From: Candidatus Latescibacterota bacterium
GTDB taxonomy: Bacteria; Latescibacterota; UBA2968; UBA8231
Direction of reading: 5' to 3'
Length of the DNA: 64,000 bases
Assembly: GCA_965197905.1 (NCBI GenBank)
Contig: CBDAOB010000005.1
Span: 992,001-1,056,000 of the forward strand
The notes under the pieces are model-generated. The model was not told where the DNA came from and made no database searches. It worked only from the letters and a program-made list of their open reading frames with translations. Numbering within the stretch: the stretch's first letter is position 1; every line of letters starts with the position of its first letter. Of this stretch, positions 50,453-60,079 are shown piece after piece. Both the position numbers and the translations under genes were made by a program.

Positions 50453-51504
50453 TGTCGTTTCTGAAACTGCTTGCGAGGCGATGGCGGATCTGCCGTTTCG
50501 CTGCTGGTGTTTTTCTCCTCGCCTTGACCATCGCGGAGGCCGCTTTGGCTAGCGGTCAAAATCGCGTGGGCACCGCTGCTGCTCCCGAGCTGCTGATACC
50601 GGTGGGTGCACGGGACATGGCCATGGGTGGCGCCGCCATCGCCACCACCTCGGGTGTCGAGGCATTGCATTGGAATCCGGCGGGCCTGGCTCGAGGGTCC
50701 GACGGGGCGGCCAGCTTGATGTTTTCCACCATGGCTTACATCGCCAATATCCGCCTGAACTACGCGGCCGTGAGCCGACGTTTCGGCGGTTGGGGTCACG
50801 TGGCCATTCACCTTAAAGCTTTGGATTTTGGCGAGATTCCTATCACGACCGAACGGGCGCCCGATGGAACCGGAGGACGTTTTTCACCGACCTTCCTCAC
50901 GCTCGGCACCTCTTTCGCCAGCGCTTTGACGGATCGGATCAACGTCGGTTTTACGACTCGCTACATCGTCAACCGCATCGACAGGGTTGAAGCCACGGCC
51001 GTTGCCTTCAGCGGCGGGCTGCAATACGCCAATCTCGGCTCGATCAATGGTCTCGACCTCGGGGTGACGGTCAAACATATAGGCACGCGCATGGGATTCG
51101 GGGGGTCCGGGCTGCTGCGGATGGGACAGCTGGACGATCTGCGTCGTCCAGGCTCCATCTATAAGGTGCCCTCCAGCTCGGCAGACCTGCCCTCGCTGTT
51201 CGAGCTTGGGATCGCCTACGGGTATTCCGGTGCCCGCTTCTCCTCCGTCTTTCAACACCACAACTTCGCCTTCGACCAGTGGAAGACCGGGCTCGAGTTC
51301 GAGGTCAACGAGTTTTTGGCGGTGCGATCCGGTTTCGATTTTGCCGCTGGCGCCGAGGACAGAGAGTACATCTTCGGAACCAGCTTCGGGGCGGGTTTGC
51401 GATTTAAGGTGCCGACGGTGGAACGAATTCGCGTTGATTATGCCTACACCGCGACCGAGTATTTCGATGGTCTCGACACGTTCACCATACTGCTCGAATT
51501 CTAG
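50452..51504 (+). CDS. PorV/PorQ family outer-membrane beta-barrel (FadL-like)
   Basis: GTAAAPELLIPVGARDMAMGGA, ALHWNPAGL, VDYAY, C-terminal Phe; 1-bp overlap with the upstream stop. Confidence 0.88.
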   Translation: MSFLKLLARRWRICRFAAGVFLLALTIAEAALASGQNRVGTAAAPELLIPVGARDMAMGGAAIATTSGVEALHWNPAGLARGSDGAASLMFSTMAYIANIRLNYAAVSRRFGGWGHVAIHLKALDFGEIPITTERAPDGTGGRFSPTFLTLGTSFASALTDRINVGFTTRYIVNRIDRVEATAVAFSGGLQYANLGSINGLDLGVTVKHIGTRMGFGGSGLLRMGQLDDLRRPGSIYKVPSSSADLPSLFELGIAYGYSGARFSSVFQHHNFAFDQWKTGLEFEVNEFLAVRSGFDFAAGAEDREYIFGTSFGAGLRFKVPTVERIRVDYAYTATEYFDGLDTFTILLEF

Positions 51505-51671
51505 GGCCCTTCAACAACCTCCTGATTCCGGCCCCCGCCCGGTTTGACTCGTTACGTTGCGCTTACGCCTCATAGCCTTAATATGGCTTGTTCGCGGGTG
51601 CCGACGACGCGGGCGCCACGAAGCCGAAATTCTGCGGACGGCTGATCATTCAACAAGGCATTAAGACAGCG

Positions 51672-52442
51672 ATGGGCGAGAGCGACGTACTCAAATCATT
51701 CAAGCTTGATGGCCGGGTAGCCATGGTAACGGGTGGAGCCAGCGGTATCGGCAAAGGCATAGGGGAGGCATTGGGTGCGGCCGGGGCGCGGGTCGCGATC
51801 ACCGACTTCAACCAGGATGCGGCGAACGAGACGGTGAAAGAGTTTACCGAGCAAGGAAGGGAGGCGATGCCAGTGGTCATGGATGTCACTGACAGCTCCC
51901 AGGTTCGCCGCGGTGTGGATGAGTTGATCGCTGCATGGAACGGCATCGACATCCTGGTCAACTCAGCGGGAATTGCGATCAAGGCCGCCGCCCTCGACTA
52001 TCCTGAGGAGGACTGGGACCGGATTATCGCGGTAAATCTCAAGGGGACCTTCCTGCCGATGCAGACCGTGGCCCGTCACATGGCCAGCCGCAAGCGGGGC
52101 AAGGTGATCAACATCGCCTCTATAGGTTCATTTGTCGCTTACCCGGGCAGCATGGCCTATCTCGCCAGCAAAGGAGGCGTCGCCCAACTCACGCGCTCCT
52201 TCGCCCTCGAGCTGGCGGATCAGAATGTCCAGGTCAACGCGATCGCGCCCACCCTCTGCAATACGCCGATGACCAAACGAGTACGATCGGACACCGCCGA
52301 CTACTTCGTCGAGCGTACCCCGATGGGCCGTATGGCCGAACCGGAGGACATGGGGGGTGCGGCGGTATACCTGGCATCGGACGCATCCAACATGGTGACC
52401 GGCCACATCCTCCCCGTTGATGGCGGATTCCTGATCGCCTGA
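51672..52442 (+). CDS. SDR oxidoreductase (gluconate 5-dehydrogenase/KduD-like)
   Basis: VTGGASGIG, NSAG, YLASKGG, VTGHILPVDGG. Confidence 0.92.
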   Translation: MGESDVLKSFKLDGRVAMVTGGASGIGKGIGEALGAAGARVAITDFNQDAANETVKEFTEQGREAMPVVMDVTDSSQVRRGVDELIAAWNGIDILVNSAGIAIKAAALDYPEEDWDRIIAVNLKGTFLPMQTVARHMASRKRGKVINIASIGSFVAYPGSMAYLASKGGVAQLTRSFALELADQNVQVNAIAPTLCNTPMTKRVRSDTADYFVERTPMGRMAEPEDMGGAAVYLASDASNMVTGHILPVDGGFLIA

Positions 52443-52484
52443 ATGCGGCCGGCACTTGCGGTCGCCAACCGAACGGAGAAAACC

Positions 52485-54002
52485 TTGAACGAGAAGACCA
52501 AAACCTTTCCCGCTCTTGACTGGCACGGGGTGTGGCCTGGCTACGTCAGCTACGATGAAAAGGGCCGCTACTTTCCCCAGGATTTGCCCCGCGGGCTGAA
52601 GCTGTCGGTGCAACCAGCCCAGCAGGGAGAGGCGGTTTTCAGCCGTACCGAGCGCTGGGAAAAGAGCAACACCCATTACCCTACCATCATTCATGACAAT
52701 GGCCGTTTTCGCATGTGGTACGTGGCGTTCGCCGATCCAGAAGATCCGTGGATAAAAACCGCGAATCTACCGGGGAAACTGCCTAGCCTTTGGTGTTACG
52801 CCGAAAGCGAGGATGGTTTCAACTGGGTGCGTCCGAATCTGGGTTTGTTCGAGTATGACGGTTCCACGGAGAACAACATCCTTTTCGCCGCCGGCGACTC
52901 CGGCTGCCATTACGGCTACATGAATCTCATGCGCGACGACCGCGGCGATCCTGAAGAGCGGTACAAGGCGATCACCATCGCCGGAAAATTCTTCGTGGAC
53001 GGCAAACCCGCCAGTCGGGCGGAGGTGGTGAAACTGCGGGCGGCCCGGGAAGCAGCCGGCGATGCAGGCGAGATCGGCGCCAACATCACCTCGCAGATGA
53101 TGATTCTGGGTGGCGTCTCGCCGGATGGCATCCACTGGACCCATCTTGAAGAGCCGCTCATGGAGCCGCCGTGGCTTCTGGATACGCAGAACATCTTGAA
53201 CTTCGATGAAGAGAGCGGCAAATACGTCATCTATCTTCGCAGCGGCCACGAACGGCGGCGCGCGGTTTCCCGCTACGAGGCGGACGACTTTCGCGGTCCG
53301 TGGGGCAATCACCAGATGGTGCTGACGGCGGAGCCGGAAGACGGCCCCGATTGGGATATCTACGCTCCCTGCTATTGCCCCCACCCTCACGGCAAACACC
53401 TGATGTTTTTCAGTCCTTACCGCAGGGCCAGCGATCTGGTCGATGTCTACCTTGCGGTCAGCCACGACGGGAAACTGTGGTTCCGCCCCGAACGTGTTCC
53501 TATCATTTCCACCAGCGACCGCTACGGTAGCCTATATCCCACTCCCGAGTTGGTGGATTTGGGGGACGATCGCTGGGGACTGCTGACTATGGGGTGTCCC
53601 GCTCCGCACAACCGGGGCTGCCCCGAACTTCCCGAGGAGTTTTTCTGGTCGACCTGGAAGCGGGATCGATTAGTGGCCTGGGAGGCGGATGATTACGCCG
53701 AGTTCGCTCTCTCCGAACGGGAATGTGCTGGAGCGCAACTGACCCTGAACTTCAAGACCCACCAGCCGGGCGCTTTCGTTAAGGTAGAGATCGTCGATGG
53801 CGGTTTGCCCAACCGCGCCACCGCGGCTGAACCCTCGCCTCTGGACGGATTCAGCTTCGCGGAATGTGATTCTTTGAGTGGTGACGAACTCGACGCGGTG
53901 GTCACCTGGAACGGGAAGAGTGACCTCTCTGTGTTGCGAGGCAAGAAGATCCACCTGCGTTTCCGTATGGCCCGCGCCCGCCTTTTTGCCGTAACGTTGT
54001 AG
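52485..54002 (+). CDS. Hypothetical beta-propeller glycoside-hydrolase-like protein (paralogue of 41432-42979)
   Basis: Shares LDWHGVWPGY, LDTQN, YVIYLRSG, LYPTPELV, WKRDRLVA, NFKTHQPGA. TTG start after GGAG. Confidence 0.72.
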   Translation: MNEKTKTFPALDWHGVWPGYVSYDEKGRYFPQDLPRGLKLSVQPAQQGEAVFSRTERWEKSNTHYPTIIHDNGRFRMWYVAFADPEDPWIKTANLPGKLPSLWCYAESEDGFNWVRPNLGLFEYDGSTENNILFAAGDSGCHYGYMNLMRDDRGDPEERYKAITIAGKFFVDGKPASRAEVVKLRAAREAAGDAGEIGANITSQMMILGGVSPDGIHWTHLEEPLMEPPWLLDTQNILNFDEESGKYVIYLRSGHERRRAVSRYEADDFRGPWGNHQMVLTAEPEDGPDWDIYAPCYCPHPHGKHLMFFSPYRRASDLVDVYLAVSHDGKLWFRPERVPIISTSDRYGSLYPTPELVDLGDDRWGLLTMGCPAPHNRGCPELPEEFFWSTWKRDRLVAWEADDYAEFALSERECAGAQLTLNFKTHQPGAFVKVEIVDGGLPNRATAAEPSPLDGFSFAECDSLSGDELDAVVTWNGKSDLSVLRGKKIHLRFRMARARLFAVTL

Positions 54003-54052
54003 GAAGAGATGCGTCCACTGCGCGACCGGCCACGACCTGGAGAAGAATTTAG

Positions 54053-54907
54053 ATGTTGATCGGCATAGCAACCCTGAAGAGCGACCCCTGGAAACTGGAA
54101 GAGAACTTCCATCGCCTGGAGGCCATGGTGAGGGAAGCCGCCGGCCGCCGAGCGGAGCTGGTCATGGCGCCGGAATCGGTGCTGGATGGTTACGTCTTCA
54201 ACGCCGACCCCACTTCCACCAAGGCGGAGATGCTGAAGATCGCCCAGACCGTTCCGGATGGAGAGTACCTGGGAAGAGCGGGTGCGCTCTGCCGGGAATT
54301 GGAGATCTATCTGATCTTCGGATTCCTGGAACGCGAAGGCACCGATCTGTTTAATGCTTGCGTATTGTTGGGCAGAGAAGGTGAGGTGCTTGCCCATCAT
54401 CGCAAGATTACCACCGCCGGCGAGTACGACATCACACCGGGATCCGAACTGAAACCGTTCGACACGCCGCTGGGGAAGGTCGGTTTTCTGCTCTGCAGCG
54501 ATCGATCGGCAGACAACGTCCGCACCCTGGCAGTTCAGGGAGCCGGAGTCATCTTTATCCCGATGGATGGCAGCGGCGGGCCGGACAACACCGAGAAGAT
54601 GCGCTGGCGCGCCAAGGAGAACGGCTGCTGGATCGTGATCGCCAATACCTGGAGCGCGGTGCTCATCAGTCCCAGCGGCGAGCTGAATCTCGAGAAATAT
54701 GAAACCGAATGTGTCAGCGTTCAGGTGCTGATGTTACCCCATGAGAACAATATGTCCCTCGCTAGACGCAGGCCCGACCTCTATGGTCCGCTTACGACGC
54801 CCTGCGATAGCGGGGGCTTTTACGATGCTCAGGGAAACCTGACGGAGGCTGCCTTGGAGCAGAGGGAAGAATCGCGTCGTAAGGCGCTGGAAAAGCGGAA
54901 GCGCTGA
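54053..54907 (+). CDS. Carbon-nitrogen hydrolase family protein
   Basis: APESVLDGY, HRKI, LLCSDR, RRRPDLY. Confidence 0.88.
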   Translation: MLIGIATLKSDPWKLEENFHRLEAMVREAAGRRAELVMAPESVLDGYVFNADPTSTKAEMLKIAQTVPDGEYLGRAGALCRELEIYLIFGFLEREGTDLFNACVLLGREGEVLAHHRKITTAGEYDITPGSELKPFDTPLGKVGFLLCSDRSADNVRTLAVQGAGVIFIPMDGSGGPDNTEKMRWRAKENGCWIVIANTWSAVLISPSGELNLEKYETECVSVQVLMLPHENNMSLARRRPDLYGPLTTPCDSGGFYDAQGNLTEAALEQREESRRKALEKRKR

Positions 54908-54939
54908 GTGTCATACAAGCCAATCTCGAAGGAGAAGGA

Positions 54940-55763
54940 ATGGCCGATCTGTTTTTCGAAGGTGAAGTAGGGGCCGTGGATGTCCATGGCCACTACGGTT
55001 ACTACGACCATGGCAAGTTCTCCGATCTACAGCTCGAGTTCCTCAGCGCCGAGCCACAAGAGGTTCTCAGACGCGCTCGTCACGCGCGCACGCAATTCAC
55101 CCTCGTGTCTCCACTGTCCGGACTGACGCCCGTCGGGCTTCTCGATGTGCTGAAGGCCAACGAGGAGGCTTCCAAGGTGGTCGACGAAAACGAGGGGCTG
55201 CTGCAGTACGTCATCATCAACCCGTTGCAGACCGAATCCTATGATCAAGCGGTAGATATCCTGCAGCGGCCCAAATGCGTCGGCATAAAGATCCACCCCG
55301 AGTCGCATCAGTACCCCGTCGCCGAACATGGCGATCCCGTCTTCGAATTCGCCGCCAAACACAAGGCCGTTGTTCTGGTACACAGCGGCGACGTAAACAG
55401 TGCGCCGGATGATTTCGTGCCGTTCGCCGATCGCTATCCGGAAACCCGGATTATCTTGCCCATCTGGGCAACGGGGGCGCCGCAGCCGGTTCACCTGAGC
55501 TTCAGGTGCGGGCGCTGCAAAAAGCTCGCGGCGACAATCTTTTCATCGATACCTCCAGCGCCCGCAGTATTCTTCCCCGTCTGTTGGAATGGGCAGTGGA
55601 GGAGGTGGGCGCCGATCGCCTGCTCTACGGTACCGACACTCCGGTCTACTACTCGGCCATGCAGTGGGCGCGGGTGGTCTGCACCGATCTCAGCGAATCC
55701 GTGAAGAGAAAGATCCTGCGGGAGAACGCCTTCGAGCTCTTCGGACTGCAATCGCAGCTCTGA
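54940..55763 (+). pseudogene. Amidohydrolase_2 family protein, 1-bp deletion near 55457
   Basis: DVHGHYG, IKIHP, VHSG. Adding one base restores IILAHLGNGG...FIDTSSA...LLYGTD...RENAFELF. May be a sequencing error. Confidence 0.82.
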
Positions 55764-55798
55764 GTGTTGGGCAGTTTGGATCGCGCGGTCGCTCGGCG

Positions 55799-56596
55799 CT
55801 ACCGGGTGACCCAATGTCGAAAAAGAGGGCGCGCGCTTTCTGGAAGTTGCTCGAAGGTGGTGGCCGGAATGGCGGGCACTTCGTTCTCTCTGCCGCCCAC
55901 CGCATCCACAATCTGTTCCCTTTCGACCGAACCCGGTCGCAGCACCTCCAGATTCAACCACCATGGCGCATACCGAACTACGACGGAAACCCGCGGATCC
56001 AGCGAGCGGTTTGGTGCGGAAGCATGCCAGAGGCGGCTATCGAAGAGCAGAACGCTTCCGGAGGTCCCTGTGGCGTTGAACTCGGTGGGGTACGGGGCCA
56101 GCGGATCGATGCCGTTGTCGCCGGTCGGGTTGTTGGAGGTGCGGTGGCTGCCAGGTACGACCAGCGTGCCTCCGTTTCCCTCGGTAAACGGGGAGAACAT
56201 CCACAGCGAGGTCAGGTGGAAGGTGGCGTCCGGATACGGCGCCGGAATGTGCCCGGCATTGCGCTGGTTGAACGGCCAGTCGGCGTGCCATCCGCCGCGT
56301 TCGTTGCCCGGATAGTTTATGGTCCCGGTGGTGAAGGACACCCGGACATGCTCGCCGAGCATGGCGTTGACCAGCCCCATGATGGCCGGCGCCGCGAGGT
56401 ATTTGGCGAAGGTCTGATCGTGAACGATGATAGAGGAGAGGTGTCCGATTCCGGCCGGGGCGTTCGGATTCCGATTTTCGGCGACGGTGTCGGCAACGCT
56501 TCGACGTATCGTGTCGACATCCGCGGGTGGAACGATATCCGGCACAACGCACCAGCCATCGGTTTTCAGATGAAAGAGATTCTTCTGCGTACTCAT
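55799..56596 (-). CDS. Phytanoyl-CoA dioxygenase (PhyH) family protein
   Basis: DGWCVVP, WHADW, NGGTLVVPGSH, LWHAS, PRVS. Confidence 0.9.
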   Translation of the reverse strand: MSTQKNLFHLKTDGWCVVPDIVPPADVDTIRRSVADTVAENRNPNAPAGIGHLSSIIVHDQTFAKYLAAPAIMGLVNAMLGEHVRVSFTTGTINYPGNERGGWHADWPFNQRNAGHIPAPYPDATFHLTSLWMFSPFTEGNGGTLVVPGSHRTSNNPTGDNGIDPLAPYPTEFNATGTSGSVLLFDSRLWHASAPNRSLDPRVSVVVRYAPWWLNLEVLRPGSVEREQIVDAVGGRENEVPAIPATTFEQLPESARPLFRHWVTR

Positions 56597-56612
56597 TGAT
56601 CCTGCTCCGGTT

Positions 56613-56912
56613 TCATCCGGACGCAAAACGGGCAACGAATTCGTCCAGGCGCTCATCTTCCGTTGAAGCCGAAGCCACGACGCCAAGCAGCGCACCCACC
56701 GGAGCCGTCTCCCCGACGTTCACGAGGCGTCTTCGCAATATTCCCTCTACCGGCGACTCGTAAACTCCGGTCACCTTCTCGTTTTCGATCTCCGCGATCT
56801 CGTCGCCGACGTCCAGCTCGGTGCCTTCTTCCACCAGCCATGCCACCACTGTGCCGTTCTTCATCGCCATGCCCCATTTGGGCATCTTGAGCGCCTTGAT
56901 GCCGTCACTCAT
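56613..56912 (-). CDS. Stand-alone lipoyl/biotin attachment domain protein (AcoC N-terminal-like)
   Basis: MPKWGMAMKNGTVVAW...EIENEKVTGVYESPVEG; stops after 99 aa. Confidence 0.8.
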   Translation of the reverse strand: MSDGIKALKMPKWGMAMKNGTVVAWLVEEGTELDVGDEIAEIENEKVTGVYESPVEGILRRRLVNVGETAPVGALLGVVASASTEDERLDEFVARFASG

Positions 56913-56933
56913 GAGCGAATACTAGGTGCAGGC

Positions 56934-57938
56934 TCAACCGGCGATGTCCAACACCGCGGCCTCGATCTTGTCCGCGTTGGGCAGATAGGCATCTTCCAGC
57001 TCCGGCGCAAAAGGCACCGGGGTGTGGGGGGGACAGACCATCTTGATCGGGGCCTTGAGGGCGTGAAACGCCTCCTGTGCGACCAGGGCGGAGATGTCGG
57101 TGGCCAGATTGCAGCGCGGGTTCGATTCGTCCACGATGACCAGGCGTCCGGTTTTCTCCACGGTACCGAGTATGGCACTCTCGTCCAGCGGCGACAGGGT
57201 GCGGGGATCCAGGACCTCGCACTGAACCCCCGCTTTGGACAGGTTGTCGGCCGCCTCGTTGGCGAACAGCACCATACGACCGATCGCGACGATCGAAACG
57301 TCGTCCCCTTCTCGCGTGATATTGGCCTCCCCGAACGGAATTGCGTACTCCTCGTCGGGGACCTCACCCATTTCGTCGTACATCACTTTGTGCTCGAGAA
57401 AGATGACCGGATCGTCGTCTCGAATCGACTGGGTCAACAGACCCTTCGCATCGTACGGCGACGACGGCACGACGACTTTCAAACCCGGCAAATGAGTTAC
57501 GATGGGATAGAGCGTCTGACTGTGCTGCGCCGCGGCACGCAGGCCGGCGCCGTACATGGCTCGAATGGTTACCGGCACTTTGGCTTTACCGCCGAACATG
57601 TAGCGGAATTTCGCTCCCTGATTGAAGATCTGGTCCAGGCAGACTCCGAGGAAATCGATGTACATCAGCTCGGCCACGGGCCGCAAACCAGTAGCCGCCG
57701 CACCGACGGCAGCACCGATAAACGCCATCTCGCTCACCGGGGTATCGAGAACCCGGTCGCGACCGAATCTTGGGGCGAGCCCCTTGGTGACACCCAACGG
57801 ACCACCCCAGGCATCGTCCTCGCCACCGGCGCCCATACCTCCCGAGATGTCTTCCCCCATCAGGATCACCGTCGGATCTTTTTCCAGTTCCTGTGCCAAC
57901 GCCTCGTTGAGCGCCTGGCGCATGCTTTTCTCAGCCAT
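56934..57938 (-). CDS. acoB: Acetoin / 2-oxoacid dehydrogenase E1 beta subunit
   Basis: DDAWGGPLGVTKGL, DTPVSE, ELMYIDF, FRYMFGG, AAAQHSQ. Confidence 0.88.
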   Translation of the reverse strand: MAEKSMRQALNEALAQELEKDPTVILMGEDISGGMGAGGEDDAWGGPLGVTKGLAPRFGRDRVLDTPVSEMAFIGAAVGAAATGLRPVAELMYIDFLGVCLDQIFNQGAKFRYMFGGKAKVPVTIRAMYGAGLRAAAQHSQTLYPIVTHLPGLKVVVPSSPYDAKGLLTQSIRDDDPVIFLEHKVMYDEMGEVPDEEYAIPFGEANITREGDDVSIVAIGRMVLFANEAADNLSKAGVQCEVLDPRTLSPLDESAILGTVEKTGRLVIVDESNPRCNLATDISALVAQEAFHALKAPIKMVCPPHTPVPFAPELEDAYLPNADKIEAAVLDIAG

Positions 57939-57947
57939 GAGACAACC

Positions 57948-58916
57948 TCAATAGGAAGTGTAGACGTTGGTCAGCAGGTCGCCCTCGGTGGGGGAAGGTG
58001 CTTTCTTTGCTTCTTCGACCGCTTCCTCGACGAGCACCTCGGCGACGCTATCGATGCGATCGAGCTCGTTCAGGTCGACGAGCTTTTCTTTTTCGGCGCG
58101 GGCGCGAAAGGTCTTCAAACAGCATTTGTTTTTGCGTAATTCCTTAACCTCGTTTCGCGGTCGATAAGTCCCGGGATCTCCTTCGTAGTGGGAATAGAAT
58201 CTAGGCACTTGAAGGTGAAGGAGGGCGGGTCCGCCGCCGCCGCGGGCGTGGTCGACAGCCTCGCCGGCCGTTGCGCACACCTGTAGAACATCGTGTCCTT
58301 CCTCGACCCGCCAGCCGGGAATATTGAATCCCTTGGCACGGTCCAGCTGGTCACCCGCCACCGCCCAGCTACTGGAGGTCGACTCGGCATAGCCGTTGTC
58401 TTCCACCGCGAACACGACGGGCAGCTGCCAGACGCTTGCCAGATTGAACGACTCCAGCGCCGCCCCTTCATTGGTGCCGCCCTCCCCCATGAAGGCCACG
58501 GCGACACCCCCGGTCTTCAACGTCTTTGCCGTGAGCGCCGCTCCGACGGCCGACGGTGCGCTTCCACCGACGACGGCATTGGCGCCCATCATGCCCTTGT
58601 CGAAGTCGGCGATATGCATGGACCCGCCTTTGCCTCCGCAGAGGCCATCTCGCTTGGCGAAGATCTCCTTCATCATCCCTTTGACATCGCAGCCTTTAGC
58701 AATGCAATGACCGTGGCCCCGATGGGTGCTGCCGATGTAGTCGGTGTCATCCAAATGAGAGCAGACCCCAACGGCCGATGCCTCTTCGCCGGCGTAGAGA
58801 TGAGAAAAGCCGGGAACATTGCCTTCCGAGATCTCCAGGTGCAGGCGGTCCTCGAAGGTGCGAATGGTGCGCATCTGTCGGTACATCTCCAAAAGTTCGA
58901 CTTGACTCAGGTCCAT
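57948..58916 (-). CDS. acoA: Acetoin / 2-oxoacid dehydrogenase E1 alpha subunit (TPP-dependent)
   Basis: GFSHLYAGEEA, STHRGHGHCIAKG, GKGGSMH, GEG...DNGYAEST. Start MDLSQ after GAGG. Confidence 0.88.
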   Translation of the reverse strand: MDLSQVELLEMYRQMRTIRTFEDRLHLEISEGNVPGFSHLYAGEEASAVGVCSHLDDTDYIGSTHRGHGHCIAKGCDVKGMMKEIFAKRDGLCGGKGGSMHIADFDKGMMGANAVVGGSAPSAVGAALTAKTLKTGGVAVAFMGEGGTNEGAALESFNLASVWQLPVVFAVEDNGYAESTSSSWAVAGDQLDRAKGFNIPGWRVEEGHDVLQVCATAGEAVDHARGGGGPALLHLQVPRFYSHYEGDPGTYRPRNEVKELRKNKCCLKTFRARAEKEKLVDLNELDRIDSVAEVLVEEAVEEAKKAPSPTEGDLLTNVYTSY

Positions 58917-58930
58917 GAAGTCCTCGTTGC

Positions 58931-59278
58931 TCAGTCCCAGTGGGTGGCGGCATCCAGCTCGGGATAACCCCAGACCATGCGGCACGGCAGACCCGACCGG
59001 TTGTGGAACTTGTGTTTCATACCGATGGGAACCAACATACCATCCCCGCGCTCGAGCTCGATCTCTTCCTCGCCGAGCCAGACGGTGGTGCTGCCTTCGA
59101 ACACGTAGAACACCTCCTGGACGTCGTGATGGTGCCAGTCGACAATCGAGCCGGGCTCGAAAACGAGGTCTCCCAGCGTGGTGTTTGATCCAGCCTTTTC
59201 GTCCACAATTACACGTTCCCCGTAACCGACGATACCGTAGGTAACCGTGTCGCGGTCCTTCGACTTTATTACCGGCAT
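58931..59278 (-). CDS. Cupin domain protein
   Basis: WHHHDVQEVFYVFEG...VPIGMKHKF. Confidence 0.88.
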   Translation of the reverse strand: MPVIKSKDRDTVTYGIVGYGERVIVDEKAGSNTTLGDLVFEPGSIVDWHHHDVQEVFYVFEGSTTVWLGEEEIELERGDGMLVPIGMKHKFHNRSGLPCRMVWGYPELDAATHWD

Positions 59279-59296
59279 AGTGCCTGCTCCTTTTAA

Positions 59297-60073
59297 TCAA
59301 CCAGTTTCGGTCAAAAGGGGGGCTACAAGCTGGTAACCCTCTTCCAATGACTGCAACGGATTGATCAGTTTCGGACTGAGCTCAAGACTGACGGCGTCCT
59401 CGTACCCCACCGTGCGTAGAGCCGCAAAGGTGCGTTCCAGATCCGCTTCCTGCATGACACCGTGCAGCAACGGTAGGTGAAGGTCGCCTTTCCCATCATT
59501 GTCGTCCAGATGAACATAGCCCAACTGCTCGCCGGCGCATTCTATGACGTCGACTGGATCTTCGCTGGAGATCTGCAGGTGTCCCAGATCGAGCAAGAGA
59601 TAGAGATTGGGGTGGCCAATGGTGTCGAGGTATTCCAGTGTGCCCAGAGCTGTGGGCAGGCTCAACCCGGGAAAATGTTCGACACAGAGTCTACAGCCAG
59701 CTGCCTGCGCGCTTTCCGCCGCCTTGGCGAGGGCATCGCCGTATTTGGTGAGCGCCGCTTCGCCGCTGTCCTGGCCAGGGACGACGTAGGCGATGTTAGC
59801 ACCCAACGATACTCCCTGTTCGCAGGATCGGCTGACGACACCCAGAGCGGCCTCGACCGATCGCGGGTCCTCGCTGTGAAGGGCATCGGCATCGAAGTGG
59901 ATACTCATACAGCTGACATCCATGCCCAGCTCCTTTGCCGCCGATTCCACCTCAGGTTCTACAAAGGTATCGGGCCGCATGTCGATGAGTTCGTAGCCCA
60001 CTTCGCGAAGTCGCCGCAGGTCGAGCTGATTCAGCTCGGGCAATGCCCAGGCGCAACAGGAAATCCCGATCAT
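59297..60073 (-). CDS. Sugar phosphate isomerase/epimerase (TIM barrel)
   Basis: VEHFP, LLDLGH, VHLDDNDG..DLHLP, SLEL. Confidence 0.87.
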   Translation of the reverse strand: MIGISCCAWALPELNQLDLRRLREVGYELIDMRPDTFVEPEVESAAKELGMDVSCMSIHFDADALHSEDPRSVEAALGVVSRSCEQGVSLGANIAYVVPGQDSGEAALTKYGDALAKAAESAQAAGCRLCVEHFPGLSLPTALGTLEYLDTIGHPNLYLLLDLGHLQISSEDPVDVIECAGEQLGYVHLDDNDGKGDLHLPLLHGVMQEADLERTFAALRTVGYEDAVSLELSPKLINPLQSLEEGYQLVAPLLTETG

Positions 60074-60079
60074 CGCGGT

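Noticed and set aside
57948..59300. 450-aa E1 alpha with a long N-terminal extension
   Set aside because: The extension overlaps the cupin gene in another frame; the true start is at 58916 with an RBS. Similar over-extensions were trimmed at 493-1050, 10653, 16176-17174, 35409, 38421, 41306 and 55799-56695.
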